From Bacteroidota bacterium (GTDB lineage: Bacteria; Bacteroidota; Bacteroidia; UKL13-3), in contig JAAFJM010000002.1 of the NCBI GenBank assembly GCA_013298895.1, forward strand, positions 6,427 through 70,426: a stretch of 64,000 nucleotides of DNA. Reading direction: 5' to 3'. Numbering within the stretch: the stretch's first letter is position 1; the number at the start of each line of letters is the position of its first letter. The position numbers were made by a program, and so were the translations under genes. This document shows positions 46,201 to 55,816 of the stretch, in pieces. The notes beneath the pieces were generated by a model, which worked only from the letters and a program-made list of their open reading frames with translations, was not told where the DNA came from and searched no databases.

Positions 46201-47638
46201 TCATCATTAATTTTATATCGCTTAAATCGCTTTTATAAAACTGAGCATATGATTCAATATTAAATGATTTAACATCATACTTTTCACAATATTGCTTTAC
46301 TCTCTGCAAAGGATTGTAATCCAACATACCTTGTATACGTTCATAAATTACATCTCTAAAATAATTAATTGATTGAAACTTAGCTGGGTCATCGCCTGCC
46401 ACATTTTTCAAATCAATTTTAGGATTATTAATATCCCATTTTAATTCATCTACATATATTTCAAGATTGTGATAATAATCTACAAAAGGTGCAGCACTAA
46501 TGCCAATTTTGGTATCTCGGTAAAGGCTAATTTTATCATCGTTTATTAAATAAGTAAATTTCAATTGAGGATGAAAAATAGAATCTTTATCTAAAAATAT
46601 AGTTAACTCTACTTTATCATTGGTAATTTTATTATCACGCATAAAAAACTCATTACTTGCAATGCGCAACACTGGTTTGTTTTTAAAATAAAAGTATAAT
46701 TCTGCTTTTTGATTACCTGAACTTTTACCAACAACCAATGCACCTCTTAAACCAAAACCACCTTTATATTTGGCTTTTCCATAAGTTAAACCTGTAAATG
46801 TTTGTGTTGTACTTTCAAATTGAGGATAAATTGATTTTTCACCTTGACTACTTCCCAAAGGTTTATCAATTACTTTACCCATAACTGGTTCTTTAAACCT
46901 ATCTTTATAAGTAAGCATGGCACTATCGGCAGTAAGTAGTCCATCGCTTAAATTGATAAAATAATTATTGAGTTTAGCATATACCTTAGATGTATCAAGT
47001 CCAACTCTGCTCCAATCTATTTTCCCTCCTTTACCTACAAATTGATTAGTGCCTGCATAATACTTTCCATTTGTTTTCAGAATTTCTAATGTATCGCTAG
47101 TACCATAACATATTAAATCAAGATTTTTAAAAATAAAGGTAGCTTGTCCTTCCATTTTCAAATCAACATCTTGCGCATTGATAACCCAAGTAGATACGCC
47201 AACTCGAAGCATTACGTTTTCAGCAAAAACGTTTTTCGATACATTTAAAAACCTATTGAATTCATCTTTATTCTTTTTTAGTGCACTAATTAAAGTTTTG
47301 TGCCAATTATCAAATTTAGCTATTTGATTGTTAGTAACTAACGCATTTGCAGTTTGCATATAATAGTAAAATTCTACACTTGGTTGCATTTGTTTTTGCA
47401 ACATTTCATTACATAATTTTACCATTTGCTGCTTTTGAGGCAAACTAAATTTTCCTGTATTATAATTGGCTGCAAAATTTTCTGCTTCATCCTTGGCATC
47501 GCTTTTACCACTGCGCATGAAACTTTCAAATTCTGTTATAAATACATTAGGATCGTAGGAAAAACTAGTTGGACGTTGTGCTAATAAAAATCCATTAAAA
47601 ATGGTCATAATTAGTACAAAAAGTAATATTTTTTTCAT
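43262..47638 (-). CDS. Very large (~1458 aa) secreted hypothetical protein, possibly AsmA/TamB-like
   Basis: The signal peptide MKKILLFVLIMTIFNGFLLA-Q sits at the second in-frame start; the track ORF begins 12 codons upstream at TTG 47674. The rest of the sequence is beta-rich with no recognisable motif. Confidence 0.6.
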   Translation of the reverse strand: MKKILLFVLIMTIFNGFLLAQRPTSFSYDPNVFITEFESFMRSGKSDAKDEAENFAANYNTGKFSLPQKQQMVKLCNEMLQKQMQPSVEFYYYMQTANALVTNNQIAKFDNWHKTLISALKKNKDEFNRFLNVSKNVFAENVMLRVGVSTWVINAQDVDLKMEGQATFIFKNLDLICYGTSDTLEILKTNGKYYAGTNQFVGKGGKIDWSRVGLDTSKVYAKLNNYFINLSDGLLTADSAMLTYKDRFKEPVMGKVIDKPLGSSQGEKSIYPQFESTTQTFTGLTYGKAKYKGGFGLRGALVVGKSSGNQKAELYFYFKNKPVLRIASNEFFMRDNKITNDKVELTIFLDKDSIFHPQLKFTYLINDDKISLYRDTKIGISAAPFVDYYHNLEIYVDELKWDINNPKIDLKNVAGDDPAKFQSINYFRDVIYERIQGMLDYNPLQRVKQYCEKYDVKSFNIESYAQFYKSDLSDIKLMMIDLNDRGFLNYNEQTKTINIKPKLKDYVNAHIGRTDYDAISFKSVISAIPNAAISLINNDLIVQGVGRFKFSDSQNVEVTPREQILTIKKNRGIEFNGKLRAGKADFYGSNFSFDYTKFDVRLNNVDSLKFLYLDDTLGYLANVKSVIQNIYGTLEIDYPYNKSSRKNYPGYPKFTSEVGSKVFYDYQTTQNGNYVKDRFFFAVDPFKLDSLNDLNLYTLALAGTLESDGILPDMRQEIYLQPDKSLGFYIPNDTNNSYMLYKGKGSAKFALRLSNEGLIGDGDLYYLASKSHSNKFNLLLDSMNADCEYFKNDRTALFPTIINSKNVYNHWIPYQDTMFIFNKGEPIKIAYEKAELRGTLILTPQAMKARGSMTIEDGELIADLYELRPVEILSENAIFRQRWPGDTTKIAFVTQKVNAYVNLEKRFGEFTYLNPNEINNQFAYNLYEGSFEKMRWEMEPRTMEFTGKTFEQNAANASYLISKRPSQDNLTFKCASMKMGLGDYLMKASKIPFIQVVDSKILPDSGKAYIGKDAEMSELINAKINADTLTKFHKIEQVTIKINGRTDFRGQGNYIYLDKNKKPQRFYLSEIYAEDKKYLGGKSNIPDSINFNVGTKLAFRGNAILHSFNKNLEYNGFFKPLHELYLPKTDWFKSAAVINPDTVYIDLLPPLTNLNRAVLNCGFILTADSTHVTPAMFSRKRSNNDIELLKVEGTFTYNDKFDEFRIGPYAKVFGQPAKLGNFMAVSESKKAIYGEGKFNFNLDIPKFKLITAGNGSFSLRDTTFNMNIAAVVDFEMPANALKLMVDSITDQSSSNSNDYFKKEILNIAIPEMVDEKTLKKMSDEASDELEGKLINDLFKTFFITDLKFKYDINTRSFISEGDFGVRSIDKYSIERRLQGRIQILKTRTKEEFVIYLQQNNGSWYYFKYSKGNLSILGSDPLFNEALKAGMDKLSGDGFTVRLASISDRNKIMRAIKGK

Positions 47639-47690
47639 TGGGTGCAAGTAATTAAATTGATTGCCATTTGGCAAGTTAAACTATTAACAT

Positions 47691-47740
47691 AGTTTTGATT
47701 TTTGATGTGTGATTTTTGATGTATATTTTTTGTTTTTAAC
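47691..47740. repeat. Tandem repeat TGATTTTTGATGT x2-3 upstream of the large ORF
   Basis: Read directly: agttttgatttttgatgtgtgatttttgatgtatattttttg. Confidence 0.6.
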
Positions 47741-47778
47741 CATCTTAAATTAAAATACTGGATGTTATTCAAAATAAA

Positions 47779-48678
47779 TTATTCTTGATTAAAGAATACA
47801 TGCTCCTTATCAAAATTAATTTTACAATTAGCTGCTAGTTTAACGCATAAGTTCAAATTTTCGTGTCCGGCAGGGAAGCCGTAAAACACAGGAAAATTAT
47901 ACTTACCAACTACCTCATTTATAATTTGATAACAGTTTTTATTAAATGCAAATGGCGCTGCATTTTCATTCATATCACTCATACCTCCAACCAAAAGACC
48001 TTTTAGGTTTTTGAACTTCCCAGCTCTATCAAGGCCTTGCATCATACGATCTATATGGTAATAATATTCACCAATATCTTCTATAAAAAGTATTTTACCA
48101 TCCAAATTCAGATCGCTAGGACTACCCAATAAACTAAACAATACCGATAAATTGCCACCAATTAACTCCCCTTCTACATGATTACAATTATTAAGTGAAT
48201 GCTGCTCAAATTGGTAATTTATTGCATTTCCAAACAATACATTTTTAAAACTTTGGTTAGTTTGCTCATTAAAATATTTGCCTTGCATGGTAATTGGCAT
48301 ACAGCTATGTAAAGTTTGTATTCCAAAGTTTTGATTAACATGTGCATGTAAAACTGTACCATCGCTGAATCCAGCGATTAATTTTGGTTTTTTTCTGAAA
48401 TTAGTAAAATCAATCTTATCAATAATTCTCACCGTTCCATAACCTCCGCGTGCCAAAACTATAGCGTCCAACTCGGGATTATCTAATAATTGCTGCAAAC
48501 CCAATGCGCGTATTTCATCATTACCTGCAAATGAATCTTCATGCTCAAACAGATAATTACTTAGTAATACTTTTAAGCCCCAACTCTCAAAAATTTGTTT
48601 GGCATTATTAATGGAATCTTTGTCGATATGCCTTGCTGTGGCAGCTATTGCTATGGTACTATTGGGTTTTAAATACAT
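47779..48678 (-). CDS. LD-carboxypeptidase (peptidase S66, LdcA/MccF-like)
   Basis: The 299-aa ORF has the Ser-nucleophile region IAGFSDGTVLH and catalytic E/H in the C-terminal domain. Confidence 0.75.
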   Translation of the reverse strand: MYLKPNSTIAIAATARHIDKDSINNAKQIFESWGLKVLLSNYLFEHEDSFAGNDEIRALGLQQLLDNPELDAIVLARGGYGTVRIIDKIDFTNFRKKPKLIAGFSDGTVLHAHVNQNFGIQTLHSCMPITMQGKYFNEQTNQSFKNVLFGNAINYQFEQHSLNNCNHVEGELIGGNLSVLFSLLGSPSDLNLDGKILFIEDIGEYYYHIDRMMQGLDRAGKFKNLKGLLVGGMSDMNENAAPFAFNKNCYQIINEVVGKYNFPVFYGFPAGHENLNLCVKLAANCKINFDKEHVFFNQE

Positions 48679-48873
48679 AAAATATGTTTTGCCAAAGTTA
48701 CATTATTATGTTATTTGTCAAAATTATTGCTTTTTATCACCCGAAAATGTATTAAGCAACCCAATATTTTAATTCAAAAACTTCTTGTAATAACATTTGA
48801 TTGTTAATCATTAAATCAAATATTTAATTTAGTGAAATAAGGGATGATTGGGTAAAACTAAAATAACCTAAAA

Positions 48874-48905
48874 CAAAAAAGGGTAAGATTTTTGAACCTT
48901 ACCCC
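48874..48905 (-). terminator. Rho-independent terminator downstream of the LruC-like gene
   Basis: GGGTAAG-atttttgaac-CTTACCC, with A6 upstream on the plus strand (a T-run on the minus strand). Confidence 0.55.
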
Positions 48906-48929
48906 TTGTGAATAATTAAAATTAACTGT

Positions 48930-50318
48930 TTAATTAACCTGTTTTATTAATGAATCTAATTTATTGTAGCGCCATTCGTTGATGTTAACCCCATTTTTTA
49001 AAACCCAAGCACTAAAGTTAGGATATGCTTTAACCATTTCAACTTTTTCAGTTGGCCAAACAAAACTAGAAGGCATTGAAAGAGCCCAAGGCAAATTTTT
49101 CTTTTTGCTTAAATAAGTTTTGCCAGTGCTTAAATTTGTGTTATCCTCTCCTGTACCAAAAATAGCAGTATTGGCTTTTAATGTTGGTTTTTCCCCTGCC
49201 ACATGAATTTCCATACTTCTATCACCATTTTGCAATAAAAAAGGATGCGAATATCTAAAAGTACATAATTTACCTTGCCAATAATCTTTATCTATTTCTG
49301 TATTTAAATCTATGGTGAAAAATACAGTATCTCCTAATCCAAAAGCTGTTTTGGCATCCGTATTCTGATAAATAGAAGCTTTAACATCATTGATGCGAGC
49401 AAACAAAACTAACACAACATCGCCATTAGGTAAAATTTCCAAATTTGCACCAGAGTTAGCCTTTCCACTACTATTAGTAAACTTACAATTTGAAATATAG
49501 TTACCCAAATTATTAATTGGAGTTATGCTACCATCTTGATTGTAATACTCTCCAAATAATTGTACTGCAAGTCCATTATTAAATCCTGCACCATTGGCTT
49601 GTACTACATAAGTTCCTTTTAATTGATTTACCACTTTATTGCCTATACCAATAGGCCTAGTAGCACCAGCAGGTTTATTACCAGCGGTTCTGAAATTTAA
49701 TGTATTTAAATTATCAACTACCATATCGTTAAAATCGTAGTCGGCTGTGCTTGGCCATAAATCTTCAAATAAAGTTCTGGTATATAAATATTCATTTTTA
49801 CTCCATAACAAGGTTATATCTCCACTTTTAAATAACTGGCTGTATTCACTTTTATCAGCTAAATCATTTGATTTTTTTGTCCATAATTTATTGGCTTGTA
49901 CTATGCTTTTAATAACTATTTTATCATTATAATACGAAGTTGGGTTTTGGAGGTTAATAGTTTGTGCTGGAACTATTTTAGAATTGTAGGAAACCAATAA
50001 TAAATATTTCACATCGCGGGGAACACGAACAGAGAATGATGTATATCCAAAATTAAATAATCCATTATATACTAGTTTTGCATCATCGCTATATAAAGCA
50101 AATGAAACATTATCAATTAAGGTATCGGCTGTTAGGGTTATTAAATAATCTTGTAAAAACTGCCATTTAAAATTTTCAGGGGCAGTTAATCCATTTAAAG
50201 TTTCAGTGTTTGGTTTGGTGGTGTTTGTAGTGGTAGGAATGGGACGCTGAACCACAATTTCTTGTCGGCAAGCAATTATTAATACCAAAAAAGAAACAAT
50301 TAGTAAAGTGTTTTTCAT
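48930..50318 (-). CDS. Lipoprotein with an LruC-like domain
   Basis: Has a lipobox (LVLIIAC) and the motif FEDLWPSTADYDFNDMVV, which I recall as characteristic of LruC domains; 462 aa. Confidence 0.45.
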   Translation of the reverse strand: MKNTLLIVSFLVLIIACRQEIVVQRPIPTTTNTTKPNTETLNGLTAPENFKWQFLQDYLITLTADTLIDNVSFALYSDDAKLVYNGLFNFGYTSFSVRVPRDVKYLLLVSYNSKIVPAQTINLQNPTSYYNDKIVIKSIVQANKLWTKKSNDLADKSEYSQLFKSGDITLLWSKNEYLYTRTLFEDLWPSTADYDFNDMVVDNLNTLNFRTAGNKPAGATRPIGIGNKVVNQLKGTYVVQANGAGFNNGLAVQLFGEYYNQDGSITPINNLGNYISNCKFTNSSGKANSGANLEILPNGDVVLVLFARINDVKASIYQNTDAKTAFGLGDTVFFTIDLNTEIDKDYWQGKLCTFRYSHPFLLQNGDRSMEIHVAGEKPTLKANTAIFGTGEDNTNLSTGKTYLSKKKNLPWALSMPSSFVWPTEKVEMVKAYPNFSAWVLKNGVNINEWRYNKLDSLIKQVN

Positions 50319-50590
50319 GTATTTGTTATTTGTTCAACTACAAAATAAAGCATTAATAAAATGCTTTCAACAAAAGATTGGACATGGATTATTTATTTTC
50401 AACAATTAGTCTGCGATTTCAAAAACAATTTGTCGCACATAAATAACTAATTAACAATATTTTACAAATAAAAATAAAATGAATTATAAACAAAAAAATG
50501 TGTTAAATGCATAAAAAAACAGAAGAATTAAAATTATACGAATAGCCGAAAATTTAAAGTAAACTGCAAGATGCTTATAATTGCATTTGT

Positions 50591-51289
50591 ATGTTAAAAA
50601 AATATTTATCTTTACTTTTTACTATTTGCCTCAGTAACATGGTTATTGCTCAAAAACACGAAATTCAGATTGGAGTACAAGGCGGTTTAGCGCTGCCAAT
50701 GGGTCAGTTTGCAAGTGGCTATGGACTTTACATTGATAATGGATATGCAGCAAATGGATATAATTATAAACTGTATGCTGATTTTAGAATAGTTGATGCG
50801 TTTTGCTTAGGTATAAATTACTTAAATTTTACTAATGGGATAGAAGAAGGAAACATATATGCAGGCTTTAATAATGCCTTTACCACAATAAATACTAAAA
50901 CAAACAAAAAATATGAAACTGATGCTTTTATTGGAAGTATTATGCTAAAAGGCAAAGAAACTCCCCTATTTATCAAAGCATATGGTGGATTTGGAAGGTC
51001 AAAATCGGCAGAAATAACTGGCTCTAACACTGTAGGTTCGCTTACTTTACAACAAAGCACCTCAAGTATAAATCCTATTTATGGATTTGGAGCAGGAATT
51101 TATGTTCCAATAGAAAACAAATTTTTTATTGAAATTGAAGGAAATTATTTGCTAAGCACTGCACGTCCAAATAATATTATTATTATAGATAATAACACAA
51201 AAGAAACATTTTCAGAAGGAGATATTTCTTATAACCAAACTGTTATCAATTTAAACATTGGAGTAGGTGTTTTTCTATTTAGAGAATAG
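50591..51289 (+). CDS. Outer-membrane beta-barrel-like hypothetical protein
   Basis: The 232-aa ORF has a signal peptide, an alternating beta-strand pattern and an aromatic C-terminal residue region. Confidence 0.5.
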   Translation: MLKKYLSLLFTICLSNMVIAQKHEIQIGVQGGLALPMGQFASGYGLYIDNGYAANGYNYKLYADFRIVDAFCLGINYLNFTNGIEEGNIYAGFNNAFTTINTKTNKKYETDAFIGSIMLKGKETPLFIKAYGGFGRSKSAEITGSNTVGSLTLQQSTSSINPIYGFGAGIYVPIENKFFIEIEGNYLLSTARPNNIIIIDNNTKETFSEGDISYNQTVINLNIGVGVFLFRE

Positions 51290-51336
51290 AAGTAAAATTT
51301 CCGCCTTATCAATTAAAAATTATATTTGCGAGCATT

Positions 51337-51990
51337 ATGCCAAATCACATTATTGCACCTTCTATACTTTCAGCTAATTTTGCACAATTAGGAAACGACA
51401 TTGAAATGATTAATAAAAGTGAGGCCGATTGGTTTCACATAGATGTAATGGATGGTGTTTTTGTTCCCAATATTTCGTTTGGATTCCCCGTAATGAAATC
51501 GTTACAAAAATTAGCCACCAAAACATTAGATGTTCATTTAATGATTGTTCAACCAGAACGCTATATTACCGATTTTAAAGATGCTGGCGCAAATATTCTT
51601 TCAGTACATTACGAAGCTTGCACCCATTTGCATCGCACCATTTACGCCATTAAAGAAGCAGGTATGAAAGCAGGTGTAGCCATTAACCCACATACACCCA
51701 TTGATTTATTGAAAGACATTATAGCCGATACTGATTTAATTTGTATGATGAGTGTAAACCCAGGTTTTGGGGGTCAAAAATTTATTGAAAACACTTATAA
51801 TAAATGCGCAGATTTAAAGAATTTTATTATTCAAAAAAACAGCCATTGCTTTATAGAAATAGATGGGGGTGTAAATGAAATTACTGCACCTAAATTACTT
51901 AAAGCTGGTGCCGATGTTTTGGTAGCAGGAAATTACGTATTCTCATCCAATAACCCAACGGCTACCATTGCCAGTTTAAAAGCATTATAA
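51337..51990 (+). CDS. rpe: Ribulose-phosphate 3-epimerase
   Basis: Carries APSILSANF...HIDVMDG...SVNPGFGGQ motifs. Confidence 0.9.
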   Translation: MPNHIIAPSILSANFAQLGNDIEMINKSEADWFHIDVMDGVFVPNISFGFPVMKSLQKLATKTLDVHLMIVQPERYITDFKDAGANILSVHYEACTHLHRTIYAIKEAGMKAGVAINPHTPIDLLKDIIADTDLICMMSVNPGFGGQKFIENTYNKCADLKNFIIQKNSHCFIEIDGGVNEITAPKLLKAGADVLVAGNYVFSSNNPTATIASLKAL

Positions 51991-52040
51991 TAATTAATAA
52001 CTTTAATTAAAATCAATAACTTTACCAAAAAATCAATAAA

Positions 52041-53108
52041 ATGAGCAAACTTCCCATCATAGGTATTACATTTGGCGACATTAACTCAATAGCACCAGAA
52101 ATAGTAATTAAAACCTTAAGCGATTTAAGAATTTGCGATTACTGCACACCTATTATTTATGGTTCACCAAAGGTAATTGGCTTTTGGAAAAAAATAATTG
52201 GTATGCCTGAGTTTTTTGTAAACATTATTAAAAGCCCAGATCAAGTTAACACAAAAAAAATCAACTTAATAGCTTGTTGGGAAGAAGAAGTGGAAATTAA
52301 AGTTGGCGAGGCCAATGAAATTGGTGGAAAATATGCATTTAAAAGTTTAGAAGTAGCTACCCAAGATTTAAAAGAAGGTAAAATTGATGGGTTAGTAACA
52401 GCGCCTTTAAATAAAAATTTAGTTAATAGCGAATTGTTGCCATTTAAAGGACATACCGAATATTTAGCTCAGGAATTAAATAACCATAATTACCTCATGT
52501 TTTTAGTTTGTGAAGACTTAAAAATAGGTTTAGTTACAGGACATGTTCCATTAAAAGATGTGGCTTCAAAATTAAGTACTGAACTTATTTTAAGTAAAAT
52601 AAAAACAATGAATCAATCGTTGAAAAACGATTTTAATTGCCCAAAACCCAAAATTGCAGTTTTAGGCCTTAATCCTCATGCAGGTGATGACGGCTTAATA
52701 GGTGTGGAGGAAAAAAATATCATTATACCAGCCATCAATGCAGCACAAACGGAAGGCATAATGGCATATGGACCTTACCCTTCAGATGGATTTTTTGGTT
52801 CAAAACAATACGAAAAGTTTGATGGTGTTATGGCAATGTACCACGACCAAGGTTTAATTCCATTCAAATATTTTGCTTTTACTGATGGAGTAAATTATAC
52901 CGCTGGCCTCAGTGCGGTTCGCACTTCGCCCGACCATGGAACGGCATACGACATTGCTGGAAAAAACAAAGCAGATGAAAGTAGTTTAAGAAATGCGCTG
53001 TATTTAGCGCTTGATATTATAGCTAGACGCACTGATAACAAGGAATTACGAGCCAATCCATTAGCTTTTCAACAGTTTAAGCGAGAGCGCTTTAGAATGG
53101 ACTTTTAA
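52041..53108 (+). CDS. pdxA: 4-hydroxythreonine-4-phosphate dehydrogenase
   Basis: Carries PIIGITFGD...IAVLGLNPHAGD...HGTAYDIAG motifs. Confidence 0.85.
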   Translation: MSKLPIIGITFGDINSIAPEIVIKTLSDLRICDYCTPIIYGSPKVIGFWKKIIGMPEFFVNIIKSPDQVNTKKINLIACWEEEVEIKVGEANEIGGKYAFKSLEVATQDLKEGKIDGLVTAPLNKNLVNSELLPFKGHTEYLAQELNNHNYLMFLVCEDLKIGLVTGHVPLKDVASKLSTELILSKIKTMNQSLKNDFNCPKPKIAVLGLNPHAGDDGLIGVEEKNIIIPAINAAQTEGIMAYGPYPSDGFFGSKQYEKFDGVMAMYHDQGLIPFKYFAFTDGVNYTAGLSAVRTSPDHGTAYDIAGKNKADESSLRNALYLALDIIARRTDNKELRANPLAFQQFKRERFRMDF

Positions 53109-53205
53109 CACATTTAATTAAAATCAATCTAAATAAATTACATGATAATTGTTTTAGTTTCTACATGTTTTTTTATTCATATTGCGGCATATTATTTAAT
53201 ATAGA

Positions 53206-54291
53206 ATGACTAAAATTAAATTCGACAACAAAAACCCTGAATTTTTCAATGTATTAAAAGCTCGCGTTGAAGAGTATTTTGTAACAAAAAACATTAAGCC
53301 AACTGGTAATTACAAACTATATTCCAAAACGGCCATTTTATTATCTGTATTAGCTGCTTGTTACATTACATTGGTGTTTTTTACACCTGAATCTAATTTG
53401 ATAAGTGTGCTTATTTGTATTGTATTAGGTGTTGATTTGGCTGCAATTGGATTTAATGTAATGCACGATGGTGCGCATGGAAGTTATTCTACTAAAAAAT
53501 GGATTAACGAGGCTATGAGCTACTCCTTGAACATAATGGGCGGAAGCAGCTATTTATGGAAACAAAAACACAATATTAACCATCACTCTTACACAAATAT
53601 TGAAGGTATGGACGATGATATTGACATCAAACCTTTTATACGTGTTCATGCAGACCAAGATAGCAAATGGTTTCACCGTTTTCAGCATATTTATGGACTT
53701 TTACTTTATGGTTTAACCTATATCTTTTGGGTATTTTTCAATGATTTCAAAAAATATTTTGCTAGTCGTATTTCTGATTACACGCCACTACGTAAAATGG
53801 ATGTTAAAGAGCATATCATATTTTGGGTTACTAAAGTTGGTTATGTAGGTTTATTTTTAGTACTTCCTATATTTTTTGCTGGTTTAGTACCTACCATTAT
53901 TGGTTATTTAATTAGCGTTTTTGTATGTGGATTAGTTATAGCTATTGTTTTCCAATTAGCTCATATTTTAGAGGATATGGAATTTGTTGATACCAATGGA
54001 ACTTCTATGAAAATTGAAACTGAATGGGCTATTCACCAAATTAATACAACTGCAAATTTTGCTACTAAAAGTAGAAGTATGACTTGGTTTATGGGAGGTT
54101 TAAATTTTCAAATAGAACATCATTTATTCCCACGTATTAGCCATGTGCATTACCCTCAAATCCACAAAATTGTTAAACAAGCTTGCGCTGAATTTGATAT
54201 TAAATACAAAGAATTTCCTACAGTTTTAAGCGCAGTTCGTTCCCACTTGTTGCATTTAAAAGCAATGGGAACGGCCAAAGCAATTGCTTAA
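53206..54291 (+). CDS. Membrane fatty-acid (acyl-lipid) desaturase, DesA-like
   Basis: Carries His boxes HDGAHGS, HNINHHSYTN and QIEHHLFP; the 361-aa ORF has TM helices. Confidence 0.8.
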   Translation: MTKIKFDNKNPEFFNVLKARVEEYFVTKNIKPTGNYKLYSKTAILLSVLAACYITLVFFTPESNLISVLICIVLGVDLAAIGFNVMHDGAHGSYSTKKWINEAMSYSLNIMGGSSYLWKQKHNINHHSYTNIEGMDDDIDIKPFIRVHADQDSKWFHRFQHIYGLLLYGLTYIFWVFFNDFKKYFASRISDYTPLRKMDVKEHIIFWVTKVGYVGLFLVLPIFFAGLVPTIIGYLISVFVCGLVIAIVFQLAHILEDMEFVDTNGTSMKIETEWAIHQINTTANFATKSRSMTWFMGGLNFQIEHHLFPRISHVHYPQIHKIVKQACAEFDIKYKEFPTVLSAVRSHLLHLKAMGTAKAIA

Positions 54292-54303
54292 ATAACATTA
54301 TCT

Positions 54304-54340
54304 AAAAAAAGTCATTCTTTAGCTAGAATGACTTTTTTTA
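54304..54340 (+). terminator. Rho-independent terminator
   Basis: AAAAAGTCATTCT-ttagct-AGAATGACTTTTTTT. Confidence 0.75.
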
Positions 54341-54470
54341 TGTTCTATTTACAACCAATTCATTTCAAAAAACTAATATTTAACACTTAAAATGCCAAAT
54401 ATTTTGGTTGTGTAATTAAGTATATCTACTATTTTCGTACCCATAAAAAATAATCATCATTTAAAACAAA

Positions 54471-55691
54471 ATGAATATACACGAATACCAAGCCAAACAA
54501 ATTTTAAAATCGTTTGGAGTTGCTGTGCAAGAAGGCATAGTTGCTGAAACAGCAGATGAAGCACACACAGCTGCATTAAAGTTAAAAGAACAATACGGAA
54601 GCGATTTTGTGGTTGTGAAAGCACAAATTCATGCTGGCGGACGTGGAAAAGGTAGTATTATTGGAAAAGAACAACGCGGTGTTGCTGTAGCTAAAAATGC
54701 TGATAAAGCTAAAGAAATTGCTGGCAACTTATTAGGTGGTACTTTAGTTACTATTCAAACCGGACCAAAAGGTAAATTAGTAAGCAAAGTGTTAGTAGCG
54801 CAAGATGTATATTATCCTGGCTCAAGCGAACCTAAAGAATATTACATGAGTGTAATGTTAGATAGAGGTCAAAGCAAAAACATTATAGTTTACAGTACCG
54901 AAGGTGGTATGGATATTGAGCACGTTGCAGAGCATACTCCACATTTAATTCATAAAGAAACTATCGACCCTAAAGTAGGTTTACAAGGCTTTCAAGCTCG
55001 TAAAATTGCGTTTAACTTAGGTTGCGAAGGTGAGGCATTTAAACAAATGGTAAAATTTGTTACTGCTTTATACAAAGCTTACACCAATTCAGATGCAGCT
55101 ATGTTTGAAATCAATCCAGTTTTAAAAACAAGTGATGATAAAATTATAGCGGTAGATGGTAAGGTAGATATTGATGATAACGCTTTATACCGTCATGCTG
55201 ATTACGCAGCCATGCGCGATACTGCAGAAGAAGATCCAACTGAAGTAGAAGCTAAAGAATTTAACTTAAACTATGTTAAATTAGATGGTAACGTTGGTTG
55301 TATGGTTAATGGTGCTGGTTTAGCTATGGCTACTATGGATATTATTAAATTATCAGGTGGAGATCCTGCTAATTTCTTAGACGTAGGAGGAAGTGCTAAT
55401 GCTACTACAGTAGAAGCTGGCTTCCGTATTATTTTAAAAGATCCAAATGTAAAAGCTATCTTAATTAATATTTTTGGTGGTATTGTTCGTTGTGATAGAG
55501 TAGCACAAGGTGTGGTGGATGCCTACAAATCAATTGGCAATATTCCTGTTCCAATAATTGTTCGTTTACAAGGAACAAATGCTGAAGCTGCTAAAAAATT
55601 AATTGACGAAAGTGGGTTAAAAGTTTACTCAGCAATTGTATTAAAAGAAGCTGCTGATTTAGTTCAAAAAGCAGTAAGCGGAACTATTTAA
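54471..55691 (+). CDS. sucC: Succinate--CoA ligase (ADP-forming) beta subunit
   Basis: Starts MNIHEYQAKQIL and has an ATP-grasp domain and CoA-ligase domain motifs; 406 aa. Confidence 0.9.
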   Translation: MNIHEYQAKQILKSFGVAVQEGIVAETADEAHTAALKLKEQYGSDFVVVKAQIHAGGRGKGSIIGKEQRGVAVAKNADKAKEIAGNLLGGTLVTIQTGPKGKLVSKVLVAQDVYYPGSSEPKEYYMSVMLDRGQSKNIIVYSTEGGMDIEHVAEHTPHLIHKETIDPKVGLQGFQARKIAFNLGCEGEAFKQMVKFVTALYKAYTNSDAAMFEINPVLKTSDDKIIAVDGKVDIDDNALYRHADYAAMRDTAEEDPTEVEAKEFNLNYVKLDGNVGCMVNGAGLAMATMDIIKLSGGDPANFLDVGGSANATTVEAGFRIILKDPNVKAILINIFGGIVRCDRVAQGVVDAYKSIGNIPVPIIVRLQGTNAEAAKKLIDESGLKVYSAIVLKEAADLVQKAVSGTI

Positions 55692-55732
55692 TAATAAAAA
55701 ATTGCTAGCAGCAATGCTTGTATAAAACACAA

Positions 55733-55771
55733 AAAGACCAACACTATTTAATTAGTTGTTGGTCTTTTTTA
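55733..55771 (+). terminator. Rho-independent terminator
   Basis: AGACCAACA...TGTTGGTCT followed by T6. Confidence 0.65.
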
Positions 55772-55816
55772 TAAACCTAATTTTGGCTATTTAAATCTAA
55801 AATGAAAAACAAAACC

